This document shows positions 18,086 to 26,117 of a DNA stretch of 64,000 bases, piece by piece. The notes under the pieces are model-generated. The model made no database searches. It worked only from the letters and a program-made list of their open reading frames with translations, and was not told the DNA's origin. The DNA lies in assembly GCA_963725825.1 (NCBI GenBank), contig CAVSAI010000029.1, forward strand, positions 131,765-195,764, written 5' to 3'. The DNA comes from Candidatus Aminicenantes bacterium (lineage in GTDB: Bacteria > Acidobacteriota > Aminicenantia > Aminicenantales > Saccharicenantaceae). Each line of letters starts with the position of its first letter. The stretch's first letter is position 1. Both the position numbers and the translations under genes were made by a program.

Positions 18086-19405
18086 ATGAAGATCCGCCAA
18101 GGCCTGGGCCTTCTCATAGTCGCCCTCGTTCTCGCCGGGACCGTCCCCTCGACGGCCGGCCAGGAGCGTCCCGCCGTCCTGGGCCTCAAGGCCCAAGCCG
18201 ACGTCTATGACGCCTGGCTCCCGGCGCGCCTGGACAAGCTCCTGCCCGAGCTCATGAGGCGCGAGAAGATCGACATGTGGCTGGTCATCTGCGAGGAATA
18301 CAACGAGGATCCCGTTTATCTGTCGCTCGTGCCTTTTGCCAGCCTGTCGGCCCGCCGGCTGACGATGCTGGTCATGTTCGACCGGGGAGGGGAGAAGGGC
18401 GTCGAGAGGTTCTCCGTCAACCGCTACGGGATCGGCCGTCTCTTCCCCACGATCTGGAAGGCGGACGAAGAGGACCAGTGGCTGGCCCTGGCCAAAGCCG
18501 TCAAGGAGCGCGATCCGAAGCGGATCGGCATCGACGAATCGGATGTCTTCGCGTTCGGGGACGGCCTCAGCGCGTCCAAGAAAAAGAGCCTCGTCCAGGC
18601 GCTCGGCCCGGATTACGCCAAGCGTCTCGTCGGGGCCGACCGGCTGGCCGTGGGCTGGCTCGAACGCAGGCTGCCGGAGGAGATCGAGGTCTATCATCAC
18701 ATCGCGGCGATCGCCCACGGCATCATCGCCGAGGCCTTCTCCTCCGCGGTTATCACGCCGGGGATCACGACGACGGCCGACGTCGAGTGGTGGATGTGGG
18801 AGAAGATCCGGGCGCTCGGCCAGACGACCTGGTTCGATCCGGGGATCTCCCTCCAGCGGCCCAAAGACAGTCCCTACAAGGACAGCCCGGTCATCCACCC
18901 CGGCGATCTCCTCCATTGCGATTTCGGCATCAACTATCTGAAGCTCGAGACGGACACCCAGCAGCTCGCCTATGTCCTCAAGCCGGGCGAAACCGAAGCG
19001 CCCGCCGGCCTCAAGGCGGCCCTGACCCAGGGGAACCGGCTCCAGGACATTTTGCTCGGAGAGATGAAGGAAGGCCTCTCCGGGAACCAGGTTTTGGCCG
19101 CCGCTCTCAAGCGGGCCAAGGACGAGGGGCTGAAGCCGAGCATCTACACACACCCGTTGGGCTTTCACGGGCACGCGGCAGGCCCGACGATCGGCCTCTG
19201 GGACAAGCAGGGGGGAGTGCCGGGGGCCGGGGACTATCCGCTCTTTTACGATACCGTCTATTCGATCGAGCTCAACGCGCGCGCGGCGGTCCCCGAGTGG
19301 GGCGGCCAGGAGGTAACGGTCGCCCTCGAACAGGACGCCGCCTTCACGAGGTCCGGGGCGTTCTTCCTGGACAAGCGGCAGACCGAGCTTATCCTGGTCA
19401 AGTGA
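18086..19405 (+). CDS. M24 family metallopeptidase (Xaa-Pro/creatinase-like fold), secreted
   Basis: GGAAAGGAG SD and a signal peptide. Pita-bread-type motifs HCDFG and HPLGFHGH. Confidence 0.8.
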   Translation: MKIRQGLGLLIVALVLAGTVPSTAGQERPAVLGLKAQADVYDAWLPARLDKLLPELMRREKIDMWLVICEEYNEDPVYLSLVPFASLSARRLTMLVMFDRGGEKGVERFSVNRYGIGRLFPTIWKADEEDQWLALAKAVKERDPKRIGIDESDVFAFGDGLSASKKKSLVQALGPDYAKRLVGADRLAVGWLERRLPEEIEVYHHIAAIAHGIIAEAFSSAVITPGITTTADVEWWMWEKIRALGQTTWFDPGISLQRPKDSPYKDSPVIHPGDLLHCDFGINYLKLETDTQQLAYVLKPGETEAPAGLKAALTQGNRLQDILLGEMKEGLSGNQVLAAALKRAKDEGLKPSIYTHPLGFHGHAAGPTIGLWDKQGGVPGAGDYPLFYDTVYSIELNARAAVPEWGGQEVTVALEQDAAFTRSGAFFLDKRQTELILVK

Positions 19406-19410
19406 ATGTC

Positions 19411-19992
19411 ATGGCCCAAGACGATCCCGCCAGCGACGCGACCCCGTTCCAGAAGATCCTCGCCGGCCGGCGCTCCATCCGCCGCTACCTGCCGACGCCG
19501 GTCGAACCCGAGAAGCTTCGGGCCTGCCTCGAGGCGGCCCGGATCGCGCCGTCGGCCCACAACGTCCAGCCGTGGCGCTTCGTCGTCGTCGACGAGCCCG
19601 GGCTGAAGGACAGGCTGGCCGCCGCGGCTTTTTCCGGCATCTACGCGGCATCCAAATTCGCCGCCAAGGCCCCGGTCATCCTGGTCCTTCTGGCCCGGCC
19701 GGGCGGCGCGGCCGTCCGGCTGGGGGCTAAGATCCAGGGCGTGCCCTTCGATCTTCTCGATATGGGCATCGCCGGAGAGCACGTCGTCCTTCAGGCCCAA
19801 GAGCTGGGACTGGCCACGTGCTGGATGGGCTGGTTCGACTACCGCAAGGCCCGCAATGTCCTGAACATCCCCCGCGCCTTCAAGCTCGTGGCCATGATGC
19901 CGCTCGGCTATGCCGAGACGAGACCTGTCCGGGAGCCGCCCCGAAAGAGCTTCGAGGAGATCGTGGCCATGAACAGGGCGCCCCGGGACTGA
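19411..19992 (+). CDS. nitroreductase family protein
   Basis: RRSIRRY, APSAHNVQPWRF and a C-terminal LGY motif. The track ORF from 18277 is a 5' artefact. Confidence 0.85.
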   Translation: MAQDDPASDATPFQKILAGRRSIRRYLPTPVEPEKLRACLEAARIAPSAHNVQPWRFVVVDEPGLKDRLAAAAFSGIYAASKFAAKAPVILVLLARPGGAAVRLGAKIQGVPFDLLDMGIAGEHVVLQAQELGLATCWMGWFDYRKARNVLNIPRAFKLVAMMPLGYAETRPVREPPRKSFEEIVAMNRAPRD

Positions 19993-20003
19993 GAGGTTTT
20001 CGA

Positions 20004-21164
20004 ATGCTCGCTTTCCTGGCCATCGCCATATCGATCTTCGGGCTGATCAATTTCTATGTCGGACGTCGGGGGGCCCAGGCCCTGGCGGCCTACCCCGCGG
20101 CGCGAACGGCCTTCCTGATCGTGTTCGTCGCCATGGCCCTGGCCTATCCGCTGGCCCGGGTCCTCCGGGCGATCGTCAAGGACCTGCCGACGCCCTGGAT
20201 GGACAGGATCGGCTCCTTCCACATGGTGGTCATGCTCTACGGCTTCCTGGCCGTCCTGCTCATCGACCTCGTCCGCCTGGCGAACTCGTTCCTTCCGTTC
20301 CTGCCGCGTACCCTGACCGCCTCGTCCGGGCGGACGGGAGCCGTTCTTTTTCTCTTCGCGACGGGCGCGATCGCCCTGACCATCCTGGGCGGGGCCTGGA
20401 ATGCGTCCCATCCCAGGATCGTCAAGCTCGAGCTCCACCTGCCTCGCCGGGCCGGAACGGTCGATCATCTGACGGCGGTCCTGGCCTCGGACCTCCATCT
20501 GGGGACGCTCATCGGCCCATCGAGGCTCGACAAGGAGGTCCGGCGGATCAACGCCCTGGCCCCAGACATCGTCTTCCTTCCGGGCGACATCGTCGACGAG
20601 ACGGTCACTGATGAGGTCGAGGCCCGGCTCAACGCGGTCATGAGGAAGATCCGGGCGCCGTTGGGCCTCGTCGCCGTGCCGGGGAACCACGAGTTCTACA
20701 GCGGCCTTACGAGGACCCTCGCCTGCCTCCGCGCCTGCGGCATCACCGTCCTCGAAGACCAGGCGCTCCGGGTGGCGGACGCGTTCGTCATTGTCGGCCG
20801 GCGCGACCGGAGCTCGCTCACGCCCGGCGAGAAGCGGATCCCCATCGAAGACATCCTGGCCCGGGGAGGGATCGACCATAGTCTCCCGCTGGTCCTTCTC
20901 GACCACCAGCCGGCCCATCTCGAACAGGCGGAGCAAGCCGGCATCTCGCTCCAGCTATCGGGCCACACCCACGCCGGCCAGCTCTTCCCGCTCGACATCG
21001 TCAACAGGCTCGTCTGGGAGCTGAACAAGGGCTACCTGCGCAAGGGGGAGACGCAATACTACGTCACGAGCGGCGTAGGGACCTGGGGGCCGCCTGTGCG
21101 GACGGGGAGCCGGCCGGAGATCGTCCGCATCGAGCTCCACTTCGACCGGACCGGCGGGGAGTGA
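20004..21164 (+). CDS. membrane-anchored metallophosphoesterase (calcineurin-like)
   Basis: Four N-terminal TM helices, then SDLHLG, GDIVD, GNHE and GHTHAG motifs. Confidence 0.85.
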   Translation: MLAFLAIAISIFGLINFYVGRRGAQALAAYPAARTAFLIVFVAMALAYPLARVLRAIVKDLPTPWMDRIGSFHMVVMLYGFLAVLLIDLVRLANSFLPFLPRTLTASSGRTGAVLFLFATGAIALTILGGAWNASHPRIVKLELHLPRRAGTVDHLTAVLASDLHLGTLIGPSRLDKEVRRINALAPDIVFLPGDIVDETVTDEVEARLNAVMRKIRAPLGLVAVPGNHEFYSGLTRTLACLRACGITVLEDQALRVADAFVIVGRRDRSSLTPGEKRIPIEDILARGGIDHSLPLVLLDHQPAHLEQAEQAGISLQLSGHTHAGQLFPLDIVNRLVWELNKGYLRKGETQYYVTSGVGTWGPPVRTGSRPEIVRIELHFDRTGGE

Positions 21165-21183
21165 AGTCCGCGAAGCGGACATT

Positions 21184-21218
21184 AAAAACGCGGCGGAGGG
21201 ACTCGGAGCCGCGTTTTT
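21184..21218 (+). terminator. rho-independent terminator (usable in both directions)
   Basis: AAAAACGCGGC / GCCGCGTTTTT stem with a 13-nt loop and a T-run. Preceded by a second small hairpin, GTCCGC-gaa-GCGGAC, at 21166-21180. Confidence 0.7.
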
Positions 21219-21243
21219 AAGAAGTATCTTAGAGGGACTTTAC

Positions 21244-21281
21244 AAAAAACCGGGGAGAAAGGGCTCCGCCTTTCTCCCCGG
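21244..21281 (-). terminator. rho-independent terminator of skp/ompH
   Basis: CCGGGGAGAAAGG / CCTTTCTCCCCGG stem followed, on the minus strand, by TTTTTT. Confidence 0.7.
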
Positions 21282-21301
21282 AGATCGGTCAGGCTGGGGA
21301 A

Positions 21302-21853
21302 TTACTTCTTGACGGGGGGGACGGCCGGCGACTTGCCCTGGTCGTAGCGGCGCACAACCTCGTCCGTGATGTCGATCGTCGGGCTGGCCGTGACGACCCC
21401 GCTGGCCTGGGCGTCGAGAACCAGCTCGAGACCGCGCTCCTTGGCCAGAGCCTCGATGACGGCGACCATCTCTCCCCTGATCTTCTGGATGAGGTTGGTC
21501 GAGAGCGTCTGGGCTTCCCGGGTCTGGTCCTCTTCGTAGCGTTTCCGCTCGGTCGTCTTCTTGTCGATGTCCGCCTGGATGGCCATGAGCGCCTCATTGG
21601 TCATCGTCAGCCGGCCGGTATTCAGCCGGTTCTCGAGAAGTCGGATGGCGTCATCCATCTTCTGGAGATTCGTCTTGATCCTCGAGTCGAGGTCCTGGAG
21701 CTGGGCCAGGGCCTTCCTGCCCTCGGCAGAGGTCTCGAACGCTTTTTGCGAGTTGATGATGGCGACCTTGGTCACCTGCTGGGCGTATGACGCGCCGGCG
21801 ATGACCAGGACGAAGAGAATGACGAGGGGGGCGATCGCCCGGATTCTGTTCAT
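21302..21853 (-). CDS. skp: OmpH/Skp family periplasmic chaperone
   Basis: Signal peptide, VAIINSQKAFETSAEGRKA, long coiled-coil, size 183 aa. AAGGAGG SD. Confidence 0.85.
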   Translation of the reverse strand: MNRIRAIAPLVILFVLVIAGASYAQQVTKVAIINSQKAFETSAEGRKALAQLQDLDSRIKTNLQKMDDAIRLLENRLNTGRLTMTNEALMAIQADIDKKTTERKRYEEDQTREAQTLSTNLIQKIRGEMVAVIEALAKERGLELVLDAQASGVVTASPTIDITDEVVRRYDQGKSPAVPPVKK

Positions 21854-21923
21854 ATGAGGCCTCCTTAGGTCCTATTCTTCTTAACTCATTCCGTCCGGGA
21901 ATGGATTCGGTATCTTACCACGA

Positions 21924-23036
21924 CTAGGCGAATTTTTTAAGCATTTCTTCGATCCGGCCCAGGGCCCTCAGGAGGTAGCCCTTCTCGGACCCGAAGCCGA
22001 AGCGCAGGTGGCGGTCCGTTTCGAAATGGTCGCCCGGAACGACGAGGACGCTCTTCTCCCGGACGAGGCGCTCGACGAATTCCGTCGAGCCGGCCTCGAA
22101 ACCGTACCGGGCGAAGCAAATGGCCCCGGCCCGCGGCGGCCTGAAGCTGAAGACGCCGGCGTGGTCCTTGAGCCAGGTCTCGAGGACGGGGAAATTGGCG
22201 TTGAGGATGCCCCGGGTCCGCCCCAGGATCCGCTCCCGGGTCGCGGAGGTGAGGGCCAAGGTCGCCAGGCGGTCGCTCAGGGCGGATGGGGAGATCGTCG
22301 TGTAATCGTGGTAGGGCCAGGTCCGCTTGACGACCTCTTCGGGCCCCACGATCCATCCGACCCGGAGGCCGGGAAGGCCGTAGGCTTTGGACAGGCCGTT
22401 GACGACCAGGGTCTTGTCCCATTTTCCCCAGAAGCTCGGCGTCGTCTCGCCTGAGAGCTCGGCGCCCTGGTAGACCTCATCGGCCAGGATCCAGGCCCCG
22501 ACGCTCGAGGCCAGGTCCACGATCCCTTTCATGACCTCCGGGGCCAGAACGGCGCCCGTCGGATTGTTGGGGTTGGTCAGGACGATGAGCTTGGTCTTGG
22601 GCGTGACCAGCGACTTCATCTCGTCGAGGTCCGGCTGCCAGTCCAGGCTCTCCCGAAGGCGGAAGGTCTTGACCTTGGCCCCGAAGGCCCGCAGGAGACC
22701 GGCCATCTGCATGTAGTTCGGCAGCTCGAACAGCACTTCGTCGCCGGGTTCGATGAGGCTCCACATGAGCAGGAAATTGGCCTCCGAAGAGCCGGCCGTG
22801 GCCAGGACCTGGTCGAGTCCGACGCCCGGATAGAGAGCCGCGATCCGCTCGCGCAGGCCGATCGTGCCGTTCGTCTGGGTGTAGCCGAGTTCGACTCCGA
22901 TCAGGGCTTCGATCTCGGCCGGCGTCAGGAGCTCTTTGAGGTCCAGGGGATGGACGCCGCTCTCGGACAGATTGTAGTCGACGACGTTCTCCCACGTGGA
23001 CTGCATGCGCTCCATTTTGAAGATGTCGATATGCAT
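21924..23036 (-). CDS. pyridoxal-phosphate-dependent aminotransferase, class I/II
   Basis: NPNNPTG, ADEVYQG and NGLSKAYGLPGLRVGW (PLP lysine). Confidence 0.85.
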   Translation of the reverse strand: MHIDIFKMERMQSTWENVVDYNLSESGVHPLDLKELLTPAEIEALIGVELGYTQTNGTIGLRERIAALYPGVGLDQVLATAGSSEANFLLMWSLIEPGDEVLFELPNYMQMAGLLRAFGAKVKTFRLRESLDWQPDLDEMKSLVTPKTKLIVLTNPNNPTGAVLAPEVMKGIVDLASSVGAWILADEVYQGAELSGETTPSFWGKWDKTLVVNGLSKAYGLPGLRVGWIVGPEEVVKRTWPYHDYTTISPSALSDRLATLALTSATRERILGRTRGILNANFPVLETWLKDHAGVFSFRPPRAGAICFARYGFEAGSTEFVERLVREKSVLVVPGDHFETDRHLRFGFGSEKGYLLRALGRIEEMLKKFA

Positions 23037-23061
23037 ATGGGTTCCTCTTTCGACGCGGAAA

Positions 23062-23889
23062 TCAGATCTCGACCTTGAAGACGCCCTTGAAGGCGAACCC
23101 GAAGGCGATCGATAGGGCGAGGTAAGCGATGAGCCAGTTGACGCTGAGGCCGAAGGCCCGAAGGCTCTTGGCCGGATAGAGGATCTCGACGGAGCGCACG
23201 GAAGTCCCGGCCGGAAGCGGCGCCTCGCCCGGGTAAAGGACCCGCTTCACGATCGAGCCGCGCGAGGCCAGGGCCGAGACCCTGCCCATCGGCCCGCCGC
23301 CGACGACCACGGACTTCTCGATCGTCCGGCCGCCCGTCCGAAAGAGCAGCCGGCCCGTGCCCGGGGCGATCGCCTTGACGCGCCAGACGACCTGGTGAAG
23401 GTCGGGAATGCGCACGACCGGAGCGGTCACTTCGAGGCCCGGCGGCGTCTCGAGCTCCAGGCCGAGCGTTGCGGGGTCGGCCGCCGCCTCGAGGCCGGCT
23501 TTGACCAGGGTCTCCTCGCCGGGCCGGAGCGGGGCCCGGTCGTACCACAGACTGAGCTGGGCCAGGATGAGGACGAGCGGCACGATCATGACCGCCAGCG
23601 GCTTGAGGTTTGCGGCCATATAGGCGAGGTTGGCCTTGACGATGGCCCCTTGCGCGGCGAGAGTGACGCGCATGTTGTCCTTGTAGAGGCGCATCTCAAG
23701 AAGGTGGGCCTTGATCCGGTCCTTGGCCCGGCGGATGGCCGCCTGGTCGGAGGTGTGTTTGTAGACCTCGAGCATGAGCAGGGCCGTCAGGAGCGAGACG
23801 GCCGTCATGCCGAACCAGGGCGACAGGCCCCGGAACGGCCACAGGACGGCCCCGACGATCCCGCCGAAGACGAGGTTGACGACGGTCAT
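23062..23889 (-). CDS. multi-pass membrane protein, function unknown (DUF106-like N-terminal layout plus about 140-aa soluble insert)
   Basis: Start at the ATG 23889, 5 nt after the RHH stop. Hydrophobic helices at the N-terminus, then a basic amphipathic segment (DQAAIRRAKDRIKAHLLEMRLYKDN), then the KPLAVMIVPLVLILAQL helix, a beta-rich domain and a C-terminal TM. The track ORF to 24639 is a 5' artefact. Confidence 0.7.
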   Translation of the reverse strand: MTVVNLVFGGIVGAVLWPFRGLSPWFGMTAVSLLTALLMLEVYKHTSDQAAIRRAKDRIKAHLLEMRLYKDNMRVTLAAQGAIVKANLAYMAANLKPLAVMIVPLVLILAQLSLWYDRAPLRPGEETLVKAGLEAAADPATLGLELETPPGLEVTAPVVRIPDLHQVVWRVKAIAPGTGRLLFRTGGRTIEKSVVVGGGPMGRVSALASRGSIVKRVLYPGEAPLPAGTSVRSVEILYPAKSLRAFGLSVNWLIAYLALSIAFGFAFKGVFKVEI

Positions 23890-23894
23890 GGCGC

Positions 23895-24086
23895 TCAGGA
23901 GAGGTAGCCGAGCCCTTTGAGCTTCTTCTTGATCTCCTCCTCCGAGTCCGCCTCTTCGATCTTGGCGATCTCCTTTTCGAGGCAGTGGGTGATGAACTCC
24001 TCGCCCGAGGAATAGCCCGACATCTCGGCGAGCTTCTTGATCTTGTCGAACAGGGCCTTGTCGAGTTTGACTTTCACGCTGGCCAT
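23895..24086 (-). CDS. small ribbon-helix-helix (CopG/Arc-like) protein with acidic/basic tail
   Basis: 63 aa. VKVKLDKALFDKIKKLAEMSGYSSGEEFITHCL fits the beta-alpha-alpha RHH pattern. AAGGAGA SD. Confidence 0.55.
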   Translation of the reverse strand: MASVKVKLDKALFDKIKKLAEMSGYSSGEEFITHCLEKEIAKIEEADSEEEIKKKLKGLGYLS

Positions 24087-24107
24087 ACGGTTCTCCTTGT
24101 GCCGTCG

Positions 24108-26117
24108 TTATTCGAGGACGTTCCGGCCGATCATGTCCTTGGGCCTTTCGACTCCGAAAACGTTGAGGACGGAGGCCGTCAGGTCGTAGAGGGCCGGGTC
24201 CGCGGCCGTGAACTTGCGGTTCGAGAACGCGACGCCCGGCAGGACCTCGGGGGCCGACATGTGATCGCCGCTCCACTTCTGGACGTTGTCCTCGAGCACC
24301 TCTTTGGGGAAGCCGCCGAGCGGCGACTGCCACGAGATCCTGTAGCCGCGGTTGAAGCCGAGGACGATGTCCGGGGCCGTCTCCAGGTTCTTGCCGCGGT
24401 AGGTGTCCTTGGCGACGAAGGCCCGCAGGACCGGCCGCTCGCCCGTCAGGGGGTCCGTCAGCGCCTCGAGCTTCCCGGCGATCTCCCGGACGAGGTTGTC
24501 CTTGTCCGCGCCTGCGGCGACCGTGCCTTCGCCCTCGCGGCCCTTCTCGTTGATGAACAAGCCGTTGAGCCCCATGCCATAGGCCCGGGTCTTGGACCAA
24601 TCGGTGTTGTCGAAGAAGCCCGACTCCTCCTGCTTCCACGGCTTCTTGAGCCGGTGATAGCCCTGCTGGAGGAGCCAGGTGTTGAGGTTGAAGCCGCGCC
24701 GGAAGGCGTTGAAGCCGTGGTCGGACATGACCAGCACGACCGTGTCCTTATCGGCCTTCTTCAACGCCGCGTCGAGGGCCCGGTCCATCTCGACGTACGT
24801 CCGGGCGATGACGTCGCCGTAGCGGGCGGCGAGCTTCTCGTCGTAGGCGGGGTGGCCCGGGTCGGTCAGGCGCCAGAACATGTGCTGGCGCTGGTCGGCG
24901 TTGGAGAAATAATAGAAGAGCAGGCCTTCGTCGAACCGGCCGAGCTCGTACTCGAGCATGGCCATGCTCTCCTGGTAGATCATGTCGTCAAGAGCCAGGA
25001 ACTCCTCTTCGTCGAGAACGCCGTTGTCGAGGGCGCTCGTGTCGGCGGGGAGACCCTTGGTGAAGTACGGCCCGAAGCGCCTCTCGAGCTCGCGGGAGTA
25101 GGACTCGGGGGTCGAGATGGGCAGGGCCGGCCGGGCCGGGTCCATGTGGATCGGCGAGACATAGAGCTTGAAATTCGGCCTGACCTCCTTGAGGTAGAAC
25201 AGGCAGATGCCGTGAACGCTTTGGGTCGGGAAGAGGTTGAAATGGACGTGCTTCCAGCCGCTCCATTCCCGTTCCTTGAGGACGAACTCCTGGTCCTGGA
25301 TGACGATCTTGGCCGCCGCGTTCGAAGGATCGACGAAGACCTGAAAAGGCACTGTCGCCGTGGGCGCGCCGGCCCGGAAGCTGTTCGTCGGACCGGGGAG
25401 ATCGGCCTCGACGCGGTTGCCGACGACGAAGACCTCGTAGGCCTTGCCTCCGCCGCCCGCCTCTTGAATGATGGCCGTCGCCTCGTTCGTATAGTAGCTG
25501 AAGAAACCGTAGGAGCCCTTGAGGTCGGGCGTGTTCATGCCGGAGAGCGTCCTTTGCTTCGACGAGACGGGCGGGTAATTGGAGGGCATCTTGAAGACCG
25601 TCGACGGCACTCCGGCCTCCTCGAGGAGCTGCCAGAATGCCCGCCCCTTGCGGAGGTTTCGGATCTCGCCGCCCGAGAGGGGGATGACGGCCTTGCCGAT
25701 GCGGACGGTTTTCGCCGCCCCCGACGTCTCGGTCGCTGAGAACACGGGGACATAGGTCTTCGGGTCGCGGTTGAAGAAATCGAAGATGCCGTGGCCGCCG
25801 GGGTCCATGCCGGTGATGAAATTCGACCAGGCGACGGGGGACTGCGGCGGCAGGCTCGTTCCGAGGGGCCGGAAATCGCCGCCCGCTCCGAGGAGCTTGC
25901 GGAAGGCCGGCAGCCGCCCCTCGTCGATCCATCGCCGCGTCAGCGCAGGGTCGAGCCCGTCGATGCCGAGGATGATCATCTTTCTTGCCGACCGGGCCTG
26001 GCCGTAGACCCGGGGGGCGAATCGGGCCGCTCCGCCGAGGCTCAGCGCGGCCGAAGCGGCGACTCCCGCCTTGAGGAATTCCCTGCGGCTGAGGGCCGCG
26101 GGCTTCTTGTCAGTCAT
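24108..26117 (-). CDS. alkaline phosphatase superfamily protein (nucleotide pyrophosphatase/phosphodiesterase-like), Tat-exported paralog
   Basis: Start ATG 26117 overlaps the upstream stop (ATGA). SRREFLKAG twin-arginine signal. GIDGLD, PPQSPVAWSNFITGMDPGGHG, MSDHGF and WSGDH motifs. The track ORF to 27011 is a 5' artefact. Confidence 0.8.
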   Translation of the reverse strand: MTDKKPAALSRREFLKAGVAASAALSLGGAARFAPRVYGQARSARKMIILGIDGLDPALTRRWIDEGRLPAFRKLLGAGGDFRPLGTSLPPQSPVAWSNFITGMDPGGHGIFDFFNRDPKTYVPVFSATETSGAAKTVRIGKAVIPLSGGEIRNLRKGRAFWQLLEEAGVPSTVFKMPSNYPPVSSKQRTLSGMNTPDLKGSYGFFSYYTNEATAIIQEAGGGGKAYEVFVVGNRVEADLPGPTNSFRAGAPTATVPFQVFVDPSNAAAKIVIQDQEFVLKEREWSGWKHVHFNLFPTQSVHGICLFYLKEVRPNFKLYVSPIHMDPARPALPISTPESYSRELERRFGPYFTKGLPADTSALDNGVLDEEEFLALDDMIYQESMAMLEYELGRFDEGLLFYYFSNADQRQHMFWRLTDPGHPAYDEKLAARYGDVIARTYVEMDRALDAALKKADKDTVVLVMSDHGFNAFRRGFNLNTWLLQQGYHRLKKPWKQEESGFFDNTDWSKTRAYGMGLNGLFINEKGREGEGTVAAGADKDNLVREIAGKLEALTDPLTGERPVLRAFVAKDTYRGKNLETAPDIVLGFNRGYRISWQSPLGGFPKEVLEDNVQKWSGDHMSAPEVLPGVAFSNRKFTAADPALYDLTASVLNVFGVERPKDMIGRNVLE

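Noticed and set aside
23062-24086. The RHH gene plus its downstream gene as a type II toxin-antitoxin pair.
   Set aside because: The downstream partner is a 275-aa multi-pass membrane protein without any toxin-family motif, and the pair is embedded in a longer operon.
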